Below are positions 36,101 to 49,450 of a stretch of 64,000 nt of DNA, in pieces (position 1 is the first letter of the stretch; each line of letters starts with the position of its first letter). Source of the DNA: Balanoglossus misakiensis (lineage: Eukaryota > Animalia > Hemichordata); assembly GCA_040954595.2 (NCBI GenBank), contig CM082597.2, positions 3,741,824-3,805,823 of the forward strand. Reading direction: 5' to 3'. Under the pieces are notes generated by a model. That model saw nothing but the letters and a program-made list of their open reading frames with translations, ran no database searches and was not told the DNA's origin. The position numbers and the translations under genes were made by a program.

Positions 36101-39100
36101 CAAAACGACGACGGGTCGGAAGCGTTTGTGAAACTGCCCCCGTGCCCGGATGAAGACTTCCCGGTTATGGCCACTGTAACCTTAGCTGTAGCGTCATTAC
36201 GAGTCTAGTATTTCCATGAAATAGATTCACCACAGAACGAAATTTGTTATGGCTATGTTTGAAGGATACCTCGGCAGGATATTGTCACGGGGAACTTCTT
36301 TTAATTTTCCTGTGGGTTGACACACTTCTCATAACAACATCGCATGATGATAAGACTGTTTCTACGTGGTCGTTTGACTGACGTCTTCGATTGCCAGAGC
36401 TATACGTTTCATTCGCTCGCCCGCGGTGATCTGACATATTTATTTGGATAGAACATGGATCTGATGATTTGATCTACAACATCGGTTGGGAGTTTTGATA
36501 TTTATCTCCATCGCCGACAGATATCTCCAGATAAGCGTGTACTAGTTGTACTGATCAAATGCTGACAGACACCCCTTAAATAGTAAACTGACAGACAGAA
36601 ATTCGGTTTGAAACTGAAATCATGAAAATACTGTGAAAGATATAGTCGCCTAGGCTGTAGATAAGCATAGAAACAAACATTAACCCCAGAGATATTTGTT
36701 GTGATATCTCGAATCCGCTTGCGAGGTTATACTGTTTCAGTGTAAGATTCTTTGCTGGGCAACATGGTGGCAACCACCCATTTAGTTAATGGAATAAACT
36801 ATCAAATGGCGAAATGGCGAAGCATGTTCCACGGCTGGGTTGGATTTCAATAATTAAATAGAAATCTGATGAATGGTCTTTCTCAGTGTTCATTTTTTTT
36901 CTCTCTCTCTAAAAGTGCATACAGTATATGCCCGTGGTGCGTGACTTCAACTACGCGCAGTGGCCCGCGGCGAAACGACATTATCGTTGACAACAATGCA
37001 CGCTGTCAATCACACCTTAAAATTATGACGTAATTTTTTTTAAAAGCTTTTCACCACACGCGATGAAATCAATACGACAGACCATTTAACACTCGTTTTT
37101 TATCCTTTTATTTTTTTTCTCCGAATGAAAATTGTTTGCTTTTGCCATTTGCGTGACATCAACTGAGGTTTGCATTAGATTATGAATCAAGGACTGACGC
37201 ACTGCGTCTGAAATTTATCCCATCCAAATGACTCAAATTCGTCTAATTGATCCCAATGCCCCCACGATTTGTTTAATTTGGCATGTTTTTGAACGTTAGT
37301 CATGCTGTTAGTTAAAACGAAAGTAAATAAAGGCTTGATTGGAATTATTCCAGTTCTGCGCTCACCTGTTGACCTTTGACCTACAGTCTGGTAACCCCCT
37401 TGTCTTAAGCAAATGACTTCCTAGTGCGGTGTATTATCACAGCAACAGGATAATATTTTCCAGTTGCCTGTGGTTTCAAGAAATACGGCGTGTGTCTTAT
37501 TCAAAGCTGAGCCCTATTCAACCATTTTACAAAAACTCAGTATTGAAAGTTTAACATGACTCGTGCAGTAATCAATCGACCATGGATTACAAAGTTAAAT
37601 TAATTATTTCCCTCACAATCTAAATTAATTACTGTAAAATAACACTGGTACAAATGATTAACTAGTACAACATTGGTTTTGCAAATATATTCGTTTCATC
37701 ATTTTTATAGGCGCTGTTGTCCGCAGCAACAGTACGCATAAGTACTGAGACAACCCTGGTCATTCACTGCACTGAGTTCATGTCATGGTTGCATCTACAT
37801 ACAGGGTAGCACACCCTTAAATTCGCTGCTGGACACTATTGCCTCTTTAAACATCACTGTGACGAGCGCCGTGTGAAGGTTATCAATGTATGTATATAGC
37901 GTTCCCCTCGCGTTCGAAGCTAAATACCCCTTTCGCCCATTAGTCAAAATAAACGCCACCGTGAATTCAGCGCAAACTGTTTCCAAAAAATCTCGCAGCG
38001 AGTTTCCCACTGGGAGCGCCATTAGTGACTGAATAACAGGAAAATTAAATCTCTACAATATACAAAGTGCCTTTGTGTCCCTTCCGCGAACGTTTACAGA
38101 GTCTGTTAAACTAATTGCCCGCGGTACAGGTAGCCATTAATTTTTTTTTTCGGTAAGTGAAAAATACCCGCAGCGCCGTTGCTGCCTGTGTGACGTAAGC
38201 ATTACGAGTGCGCCCCCTGGGGGTAATAATCGAGGTGTTGAGATTTTAGTAGATCGTTCGTCTTGGACCCGGGGATGAGAAATGGCGGTGCGCAGCGGAG
38301 ACTGTGTCGCTACTTAATCTCGGTTAGTGTTCCCAGTTCATCTGTGCTGAAGTGGTTTAATGCACTGCAGATTGGACACGGCTTTCCGGTTGATATCGAA
38401 TAACGGCAATCAAATAAAACTGGTTGCCGAGAAATGCATTTGTGGAGTTTACACAGCTTTGTCAATCGCTATATTTTCTCATGAATACGTCACACGGTTG
38501 TGTGTGTGTCCATTCGGCAAACATGGAACCGCGTCTCTGATAACTCGAACCGATTCAACTGCTGTTGTTCGTACCATTGCGAGATAAAACAGATAAAGTC
38601 ATCGACCACCGCATCTTATAATTGAAAGTACACAGATTTTGATGACTCGGCGGATTATGTGGTCTTGGTGTTGACAATACAAAAAGAGAACAACTAAAGC
38701 GTGCCAGTACATTTTCAGCGCCAGCTTTCATAAAATTTTCTGATAACAATGATTTCCACCCATTCCTCTCTCATTTTTTTAATTCAACGAGGCAAAATTT
38801 ATGACGTCAAAACAGTTGTGACGTCATGTTAATCATATGACTTATATCGCATTGATACCCTTTAACCTGCCTTCCTTCAGTTCTACAGATTTAATATTAT
38901 GTCTCTTCCACTTTTTGTGGTACTAAATATTTTTATTATCACTCGCACACTTGCCTGGCAAGACAAGTATTGCGTGTAGTCTCTTTCCAGACATGCCCCA
39001 CGCGTTCATTAAAAGCATGACCTTCTAATGCAGAAATTGTGTAAATTATTGTTCTAATAGAAAATGTAATTAGAAGCGGGGGATCGGTCTTCCAAAGGTT

Positions 39101-42100
39101 AGCGACCTTTGGTCTGTGTACAAAGTAATCAATTTTTGAATTCAGGGTCATTAGGGCCAGTCTTGGAAAAAAACGCTGCAGTTATTGTCTATTAAATCAC
39201 ACGGGGTGATTAATCTTAGAAATGAATATTACGTGCGCAAAATCTCGCGGTGTTTCCTCTGGCGCGATTTCTTTCTTCGAGAGATCGTTCGCGTATTGCA
39301 GAATGCCAAGTTCAATTAATCGCGAGTTTCGAAAAACTGATAACTCCATTTTAAAGCGTAAGTTTACCTGATTGTACCGTGTTTCTACTGGCAAGCCCAC
39401 TCTACAATCAAGGCGCTATAATGGAGGTTGAGATCAGTCCAGGCGCTACTTAGGTGGTACTTTGAAATGTTTTATTGCCAAAAATCTGTCACCTTAAAGA
39501 GGGAATGAGCTTAACAGTGAAGAGGGGAAACAACTTGCCAGTTCTCGTTCTTCCTAGGAGGCCCAGCAGCTTAAAAAATAATCAAGAAAGTCGTGAAATT
39601 TTTCTTCTCTGTTACACTCATCTTGGTTTCTAAACTCCTGTCTACTCAGTCCAGACAACACTTTGGTCATTTGACGAATATTTAATTATTCCAACATCTG
39701 TTGAGTATACAAACATCAATAAAACAACAATTACACGTTCAGATTTACAAAAGTAAAAATGCAATGTATACAACATTTAGAGAATTTCTCCCTAATATTG
39801 CGTTAATTTTGGACAAGAATTATGTAGAATACTTACATTAACGCATCTATTTAAGAAAAAAAATCACATGGGTAGAAAATTTGTGGCATTTTCGTGAAAT
39901 TTGAAGCTTTCTCTTCGGCAGACGACACTTGTGGCGCGCCATTGTGGCACCTCGCCTGTTGACAAATTTCATACCAGCAAGTCACAGATTCTCACATGTG
40001 AAGTCATTCAGAAATTGACCCCGGGGTCAGCTGAACACTGCCAAGATGCTCGCCTCCAAGTCTCCGGTTTCAGGAATATTGGCTGGAACTTATTAAGAGA
40101 TGCTCGACTCGTAAATTTGTCATTTTATTGGGAAATTCTTGGCCCGAGGGAAGACAAGGACAAGCTTCGGAAATACCAGAGAGCCCGAGGGGCAATTTCT
40201 ATGCGCAGATAACACAAGTGTCGACGAGTCCAGAGATTTTTACTGTATCAGATTTTAATCCCGTGTAAGAAATTTCCTTTTTTATTAATGAGCTCTTATT
40301 TGCGTCGGACATTACTGATTGTCTTCTATGTAGAAAAATGTAAGCTTATTGCTGGCTTGGGAATAAGAGACGCACAGACAAAAACACCATGTATTAACCC
40401 CTAACAATTTTACAGACGTGGTACTTCCGTCATGAACGTAACACCCGAACGACAGGTATTCTGTAAAAATTGAGAAACGACATTGATACATTCGAAATCC
40501 AGCGAACCGGAAGATAGCTTGAATGTAGTCTATTATTATAATTAAACCGGAAGTATTTTGCAACAGCAATTCTAGCATGACAGGTTATCGGCACGAGTTA
40601 CCCGGCATATTGAGTGGCGCCACCCGTTGATTGAGACATTTTACACGGTGACAGCTTGTCACCGAATGCCCTTCTCTAAATCAATGTATATGCCACCAGG
40701 TGGGCCAGGCATGTTTCGCAGATTTCGATCAATTTTCATCGGAATTCTGTTCTGGGTGTGCATTCTTGATTCGTCCGTGTGGAAATGTTTAGCTGTCGTA
40801 TTCGCGAAATGCGATGCGTCCTACATGTATACAGTATAAGGAATTTAGACACATATGAAAGCTGGAGATAATATTTGTCCTGTATGTTAAATACGAACGC
40901 ACATACAGGAAAATAGTGTCTATACCAGTTGGCGATATGGCATTGCGTCGCAAAACCACTGAAGCCGATGCGAGAGTTTGAGAGGAGTGTTTATTGAGTT
41001 GTACGTGTGGTGAAGTCAAGGCATTTTCTGTACCTTTTGCCCTTTATGCGAATTAGACGTGTTCGAAGTGAATCTTTTTCGCTAAAAACGTTTTTATATT
41101 CAAATCAAGTGCAGCCCTGGTGTTTCTCTGTCAGCAGGTGTATTAAGCTGTCGATGCTCTGATCCAATTACCCACTCCTAGATACATAAAGTTCAGTACA
41201 GACATAAACCAAAGTCCCTGCATGATTTGTTTTCAGCGCGGCCGTTTTATTTGAAAGCCCAACGACGCTCACATCTCCATTGTAAATTAAAACGACAAAT
41301 TGCATGATTTACAAACCACGGTACTCATTTTCGATTTATTGTCATTAGGGTTAAAAGCAACATCTGGGTTTTATATTGAGAAATTGTTCGAATAGTGTTT
41401 TGATTCCAACCACGGATCTACTCCGGAAGCATAATAAGTAACGGACGACGGCAATCCCCAAGATCTTTCACGGGTGGATTTTGACTTCATCCCCATGTCA
41501 CTGGATTCTAAATCACCTGCTGTGGTTAATTTAATCCTCCTGACAGTCGTATTTATTTGCTGGGGATAACAGTGCGCGATTGGAAACGTGGATGGATCTG
41601 GCAGGAAGAGATCACCAGTTGTCTCATTTTTCTTGTGTGCGTTTTAGTACCATCTGACCAGTAGCCTAGTTATATAGCTCAAAGGCAGATTAAGTTGCTA
41701 GCGCGGATTTGCCTTTTAATTAATTACAAACTGCCCTCTCTGCTCGCACTGGCTTTTGATTTTGATAATAATCAATTTAGAGACTGTTTTGGAGGTTTAC
41801 TTAGCAAGCGACGACAAGTTTTTCGATGCTTCGTAGCTGTGAGCAGCTGGGCTGGTCTGGCCCAGAGAATTAACAGATTCGATTTGATAACATTGAACAT
41901 AGTAAAACTCGAATATGAGCAATTCGTGGCTTCATAATTGTGTCCAATGCCTTGCTCCCAAACGCAGCAGTTGTCTCCATTTTCAGGCGTGGTCTCGAAC
42001 GCCAAGATCTCGCCGTCGCTTGCCGCCTGATTGAATTAACAACCTTGATACCAATTTCACTAGAAGAATTTTTATTATTAAAAGGAGTCAGGATAAATTG

Positions 42101-45100
42101 CGGTGATTACACTTGTCACAAAATTGATTTACAATCAAGCCTTCGTGGATACAATTCCAGGGGTTCTCGTCCTTCAGGGAGCTACGCGGTAAATGAAGGA
42201 TTTGGTACTCGCGATATACATCAGCGCGATTATTTCTGTGGTCAGAGTTTAGTCGGGAATATTACTGTGTATAAACTACACAGCCTATTCTAATCTTAAT
42301 AATTCAGCAAATTTAATGTTCTTTTTTCTCGTCTGTTTCTGTTGCAGGATGCATGTCATCGGAGTCCGCGCAGGCTTTGTTCGAATATCTGTTGATAAGC
42401 TACGACACCAGAATTCGGCCGGTGGAGAAGACCAACGCCACCTTGATTGTGAACTTGGGTCTCTCAATATCACAGCTGATTGATATTGTAAGTACAATGT
42501 AAATGTTGTAAAGTGATCACTGATTGGCCCTACCACAGTCATCTGTCATCATGCAAATTAAACGTTTAAGACATGATCACTTAAGGCCTGGCGCCATCAA
42601 TAGCAACGATGTCCGCATTCAGAAATTAGTTAATTGGCGAATATGTGGTTGTTGAATTATTCTTACAACAGATCCGTTACACGGATGGTCTTTGGTAATA
42701 ATTAAATCGCTACAAACGAACAACGTGTAATTAATGATTGGTATGTTCGTCCATGTTCACTGCAAGATTATGGGCTAAACAGAACTGGTATCTTTCACAG
42801 GTGAACAATAAATAGAGATAAAATAGTCCCTGTTGAAAGCGTGTTAAAATAGCAAGTTCGAGCTGTTTTTAATACCCTTGATTATTAGAATTGAAACTCA
42901 TAAAACATGCAGACATGCATCGCACGTATCAGTACAGAATGGCACAAACTAGTCGCTCTGGTATTTCATGGCTATATATGCAAATAAGGTAACACGGAAC
43001 TACTTTCTGTCTGTAAACATTCGACGATATGAGCGCCAGGGCCGATTGTTTCGATCGACAAAACATGGCCGTTATATCACATTTGGACATGCACATTATG
43101 TTATTAACTGTCGCCGGAAGAACACAAATAGTCGCCAATGTATGGGAATCTCCAAATTATTGAAAATTGCTCGCGTTCTTGAAGACTTGTCATATTCGGC
43201 TCGCCGATGCGGCATCGCGTCCTGCGTCAAACAGCTGGGAGAGGTCACCCCATGACCTCATTCTGCATAACAATAGATGCCTAATTTGGCCAATCAACGA
43301 TGGTCTCATGATTGCGTCATGCTGAAAATAATTTCAGTAGGGCACAGATCACTATGGAGCTTGCATTTGTGGTGAAGTGTCACGGACGTGTGTCTTGAAT
43401 TTGCATGGCCAGCTCATACCTGTTTCAGTATGGACAGGACTACCATGTGTCCGTTGAAGAAAGTCGATATGATAGGGAAATACCGATGCGATTACTGCTT
43501 GAAATCAAGTTTGGGCCGCGAGAAATTAACCGCTCACCGTGAAGAGTGATGACAAGAATTTCATCCGGTCAAATACGCCATTTAAATTTGATCGGTGCAT
43601 TAGACCACCGCACATTTGAGAATTTCAGCAGCTGACTGCAAACTCATCCATGAATAGAGCAAGAATGATTACATTATTACGAACTCAGGCCCAGTATATC
43701 ATTTCAGACTCTAAATCAAGTGTTAAAAGGTATATACACTTGGGAATTTATGACCACTTATGTTGAAATGGTTTTTAGTGACCGACATGCAGCTTTTTTA
43801 GACTTTAATATTTTAACTCACCGATGATGGATCACATGGCTATTTATAAATGCGGTCGGCCTCGGGCTCTGGGAAATAATTCTTGCATACATTCATGCAC
43901 GTTTGTCCTCTGAGTTTTAACCAGTACTGTTAGATATATGACAAAATATTAACACGTGAGAAGGGCGTATTCAAACTTAATGCTGCGTGAATTATGTTTT
44001 AATGCAACTAGGGAACAAGGTCGCTAGAATAATAAATGATGGTCCGGAGACAAACTCTCGGTTTGAGTATTTAAACACTTCAATAAAAAAGAACAATCGC
44101 GCTAGGTCAGACTTTTAAACTAAACACTAAACTATAATGGCTGCTCAATCCGACACGTACGTTGCTGTGAAACACTTAGTGTTATTACTAAGACTTTGAT
44201 AATACACTAAAGCTGGACTCATTTTAGGTTATTGGTGTCAGCGTGTGGTGCTGTCAATCATGTCCTTGGCGTGTTGCGTTCGTCGCCAGCTGTCAGTCAA
44301 GAATCAAAACGTCCTACGAACGATTGAGGGCGAGGAAATTAAGAGGGTTGTGATAGAACTGCCACTGTAACATATAGCCAGATCGTTTTGAATTTAGTCA
44401 AGAGTCACATACTTATTATATGCAAGTAAATAATATTTTATACTTATGCTTATTATTTGTATGATTTGTTTTACAGGATGAAACGAATCAAGTAATGATC
44501 AGCAGCGTCTGGCTCAGACAAGTAAGTATAAGGCGCCTGTACAGTTTATCCACATTACATTACACTGTAGTTGAATACATTATATTATATCACACTACAA
44601 ATACAGACATTTGTGTTAATTATTAAATGTACATGTACTATAAGATTCATGTTTGATCATGACCCACAAAAACGGCATTAATGGTATACTGAGAATAAAA
44701 ATAAGCTTTCTTTCAACATATACTCTTTATCCACGAAGTCAACGCGGTATGGTAAAGACAGAGAAGTAACAGACGAGAAATAACACGCAAACCCACGCGC
44801 AAAACAACACCCACGCACAAAGTAGTGCAAAAAGTGGTTCCAGGGGGTGGCCAAACATCCTAAAACCCTGAAGGCCTTGACTTTACCGCTGGACTAAACA
44901 ACCATCTTAGCTCGCGATTGCACAGGTTAACCGGCGGAATGCAATTTCTCTCTTTGGCCTTGCCTAAAAACCTCTATAACTTTTAAACCATATTAGATGT
45001 CTATTGACTTTAGCCCGGGGCAAAGTTGGCATTTCTTCTCTTCATAAACAATCAAAACAGTTGTCCTTGATAATTTAAACTCAATCCGGCATCTGACTCT

Positions 45101-47778
45101 AACCATGATAACCAATTTGTCTCTACTTTATCTGTGTATTTGAATTTCACAAAACTAAGGACATGAATTAGATTTTTAAAAGGAATCTGCCGTCAGGCTG
45201 TAAACTTATATACCGCCAAATCAAATAGTTTCCCCCTTATCAAGAAACGGGTCCGGCGATTCTTATTAGTCCATTGGTATTTAGGGGTGCAAAGTGACAT
45301 TGAACTTAGTCACAGGAAACGGCCATTTCGGCGTGGGAGTTTGACTGTGTCAGGGCTATGCCTCCGAACGCTGGTGACGTCATGGGTGAACGACACGGAT
45401 CGCGTCGCAGTGAACTACATTGCCGGCGTGGCTGCATGTATCGACAGGGATTGTTGATCTAGAACGTGCAGAAAACAAGTAACAATGCGGTTTTATGAAC
45501 TTGGTATCACAGCATAGCCAGAATTCCTCTCGGTTTCAGCTGTTGCTGTCCAAATCATGCCCGCGTATTCTTTGGGTCGTCTTCTCCGTCGATGATAAAT
45601 ACTCGTTCACAGAATAGTTCTAGGATTACAAGACTTGTTCTGAAGTGGCGAACAAAATAATTTATTTTTGGTCCGTTAATTGATTTGCCTGGTGGTGCGT
45701 TCGAGAACCAGGACTGTCGCGATGGGCAGGACGAAGGCGGTCAGAAACAATGCTTTTGGAATAGCGCCCCCAACGTAACTGACGTGACGACGAAGACATT
45801 TCATGAGCCATGTGGCACAGTAAAATGCAATGAAATATGTGCAAAATAATATAATATAAGTTAAGATTTTAACAAACATCATTTCATACTGACATATAGT
45901 GATTCAAGGGACATGTTCCAATATGTAATCAATGCATATGTATTTCTGTACCACTTAGGCTTGGAATGACTATCGACTTCGCTGGGATCCGAAGCAGTTT
46001 GATGGTATCAAGATGTTAAACATACCGATTGGGTCGCTATGGAGACCAGACATAACTCTTTATAACACGTGAGTTTATTCGCTTTTTTATCATTATGTCC
46101 TTGAAACACTTGTTTCATCCCAGGGGGTGATTGAAATTTCATGCAATAATGCATGAAACATAAACATTTATTGAAGTTTTGTCTTTAATGTTTATGTATC
46201 TTCAGCGCTGATGGAGAGTATGACGTCTTAGTCCCGAACAGCGCCGTTGTCCTGTACGATGGTACTGTCAAATGGTCTCCTCCAGCAGTCTATAACTCAG
46301 TGTGTAGGATAGGAAGCCGAGATTTCCCCTTCGACGAGCAGAAGTGCATCATGAAGTTCGGGTCTTGGACTTACAACGCGGATTTCTTGGATTTGGAGCC
46401 GATGTACTACCAGGTCGACCAGGCGGACTACTGGGAGAATGGCGAGTGGGCGATCGTGGAGACCCCGGTCACTAAGAACGTCATCCGCTACGACTGCTGT
46501 TCCGACAAATACGTCGACATCACCTTCACTTTCATACTGCACCGCAACCCGCTGTTTTACATAATCACGTTGGTGGTCCCGTGCCTGCTGATCTCGTTCT
46601 CCACGTTACTTGTGTTCTACCTGCCGACCGACGCGCAGGAGAGGATCACCCTCAGTATATCCATCCTTATCGCCGTGACCGTGTTCCTGCTGCTCATACC
46701 GGCGCTGGTGCCGCCAACCTCCGACGACGTCCCGCTCGTGGGACGCTACATCCTGTTCACCTTCTTCATGAGTACATTCTCAATTCTCGGGACTGTTCTC
46801 GTGATCCACGTGCATTACCGCACGGCCGACACCCACGTGATGCCCAACTGGGTGCGCACTATCTTCATTATTTACCTGCCGCGCATCATGAGGCTGGAGC
46901 GCCCCTCCAGCAAGGAGGACTACGAACATCACCTGAGGGACAGGCGACGGTCGAATCTGAGGAAAGGCTACAGCCCGAGCGGCAGCAGCCAAATCTGGAC
47001 GAACTACTCCACCAGTGGTAAGATTTACCACACTAAGAAACTGAGTAAGCAGGCCGCCAGGTTTGTCATTGAAGCTGTGAGTCCCTCTCTTCTGGAGGAG
47101 ATCGAAGGGCGGGAAAGGGGTGAGGATGAAACGTCCAGTTTCTGCTCGTCTGCAGCGCAGGCCCCAGCCACCCTGAGTCAAGCCCAGTTGCGGGTAATAG
47201 ACTGTATTCATTTCATTGTGAATCATCTGAAGAAAGAAGATGCAGAAGATCAGGTAAGACGTTAGATCCATGTTTTTTGAGGCTGTGCTGTACCCTCTGA
47301 GATGATTTCCAGTCATTCTTTTTCGCCATATAAAGAGACTGGCGGCCATTTTGAATTTCAAATATGAGACTATTTCGCTCTCTTCCCTTCAAACTTTTGC
47401 ACGGTGACCACAGTTTAATGAGAGAATGATATAATATTGTCGAGAGTAAAATATGAGAAAAAGTTTAAGACATTGATTTTTGAAGTGCATACTATTAGCA
47501 TGTAATTTGGTTACTGTTAAACTGCTATATTTTACAGTAATAATAATCTGTATATCTCTGGTCATATATTTCCGTAGATATCCGATGACTGGAAGTTCGT
47601 CGCCATGGTATTGGATCGGGTGTTGCTATGGGCTTTCTTCCTTCTCAACGTGATTATGACAGCTATCACATTCTATGGGCCCACTGTCTTCTGGGAAGAC
47701 GAGTCTCACCATATCCGACCCGTCATCGAGAGGCCCATCATCCAAAGCACGGTTGATTACAGAGGCATGTTTTCATAA
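30143..47778 (+). CDS. Nicotinic acetylcholine receptor alpha-type subunit (Cys-loop ligand-gated cation channel); 6 exons, ~543 aa
   Basis: Exons 30143-30230 (signal peptide; an alternative ATG is at 30182), 42348-42487, 44477-44521, 45959-46068, 46206-47253, 47578-47778 (1632 nt, in frame). Motifs RPV, QLIDIDE, WNDYRLRW, WRPDITLYN, Cys-loop CRIGSRDFPFDEQKC, loop B WTY, loop C YDCC..Y (vicinal Cys indicates an alpha subunit), M1-M3 and DWKFVAMVLDR-M4. The 45-nt and 110-nt exons match the conserved nAChR gene structure. Exon 1 is inferred across a 12-kb intron. Confidence 0.92.
30520..30865. repeat. Diverged ~180-bp tandem duplication near the start of nAChR intron 1
   Basis: gttgtgtgatatcgatttt at 30584 and 30764; ctcgtatctcga.cgaaat at about 30654 and 30838. 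Confidence 0.7.
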
Positions 47779-49284
47779 ATTCAAACTGACCAATGAGACT
47801 TCTCTAAACATAGACGTGGACCAATCGCACAGCCCGGCGCCCATGCACGCCACTTGCACATACACCCTGGAGTCTGGCAGTGACGTGTTGTGTAAGTCAT
47901 CCTGTAAATATACATATTCTTATTTGAACATGAGCGACGACAGGTCAGACGATCACCTGTCTCAGATGTGGCAATTGTCTGAGAAGGGAAATAAGTGTAA
48001 CAGTCATGGACTGTGTAGATAAACAATTAAATATATACTTACCAGGAAGGTGTCGTGCGAATGTATCACTCAGCATTGATACCCGAGATATCTTGGACAC
48101 CTATGTGACAAAAATTCAAATGTATGGCACAGATATTTGTTCATTTAACCGTTATATATTGTTACTTACTGGGGTATCTTCGACGCGTGACCTCACTCGA
48201 CCCCTGCTGTCCTTAGCAATTCCAGACAATGCTCTGGCATTTATTACATTTTCGCTCATTTCTCTCAATTGTCGCATCTGACAAGAATGTGTCGTCTGTC
48301 TTGAAAGGAACTGACAAGACGGGGCATATGTTCAAGTTATTTTTGCGTGTTTCTGAATATGGATGACTCAGAAATGATTAATTTAGTGAACCCATACAGT
48401 GAGGGCGTTCTTCAGCACAAATTATGATCATGCAGGCGGCAGTTTTCATCAAGCCATATCAACTTCTATGCGTGTACTTTTGGTACTGAATGATGCTTTA
48501 CCTCACGAAGGGACAACACACGTACATGTATACATAACAATCTCCATTTTATCAGTTTAATCGTAATCATTCAAAGATTTGGGGATAAACAAAAACACAT
48601 AAGTACGTTTCTCCCTGATCACATATGGATTGGTGTATCAACAACATCTATGCATTTATCAATTATTAGACTTGGAAGGGGACATTAGCGGCGATAGTTC
48701 ATTGGCTGTAATATATTGGCTAACTTTCAATTCTTATTCAGAATGAGAAATAAAACGTAAAAACACCGACCAACCCTTTTTCGGAGGGCTAACCTGTTTG
48801 ACTTAAAATTTCACTTTATAAGAAAAAAATAACGAGTTTATACGTGTTTTGAAGCTTGATTCGCTCAAACAAATATTTGAGTTATGTGTTTACAAATATT
48901 TAATTCATGTCAGCAACCATGTCATTCACAAATGAATTTTTCATACTAATTGTGCTGGTAAAATGGCTAATCATGAATGATGATGTTCAATCTAATGTAA
49001 TATTGTTATAAATTATCTTTTATATAATTATTGATATTTTATTTGTATTATATGAATTATCAAAATGTGGATTATTTTTTGCTCCGTTTATTTTTGTTGC
49101 TAATTCAAATCATGTCTAATGGTAATTTTGCACATGTGAATAAACGTTCGATTCTTTTACTCATGTTTCCGCTGTTTGATGTGTCTGGGTGTGAGATTGA
49201 AGGTGATGACAAGAATAATTCTTTCATCAATACGCAAGTTCACTTCATAGTGTGAGAATCGTACATCCCTGAGATGGACCAATT

Positions 49285-49450
49285 CTTGACTTTCTGAATT
49301 TAGATATTTTTTGGGCGTTTTTGAACATTTTTCATGGGTTATACATCATGATTTTTGTCGAAAAATGACCAATTTTCGATTTGCCGAATTTTGATTTTTC
49401 GGGCCTTTTTGAACATTTTTCATGGGTTATACATCATGATTTTTTTCGAA
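49285..49450 (-). repeat. About two diverged copies of the 88-bp satellite in inverted orientation at the array edge
   Basis: ttgaacatttttcatgggttatacatcatgattttt and ttgccgaatttt are reverse complements of the array monomer, with substitutions. Confidence 0.85.

Noticed and set aside
30231-42347. Nested protein-coding or RNA gene in nAChR intron 1 (e.g. ORF 32483-33061)
   Set aside because: No recognisable domains, exon chains, tRNA or snRNA motifs by eye; I cannot exclude one without a search.
46581-47361. Overlapping alternative-frame and antisense ORFs in the nAChR exon (similar ones overlap the NB-ARC exon)
   Set aside because: Expected shadows of GC3-rich coding sequence, with no independent domain evidence.
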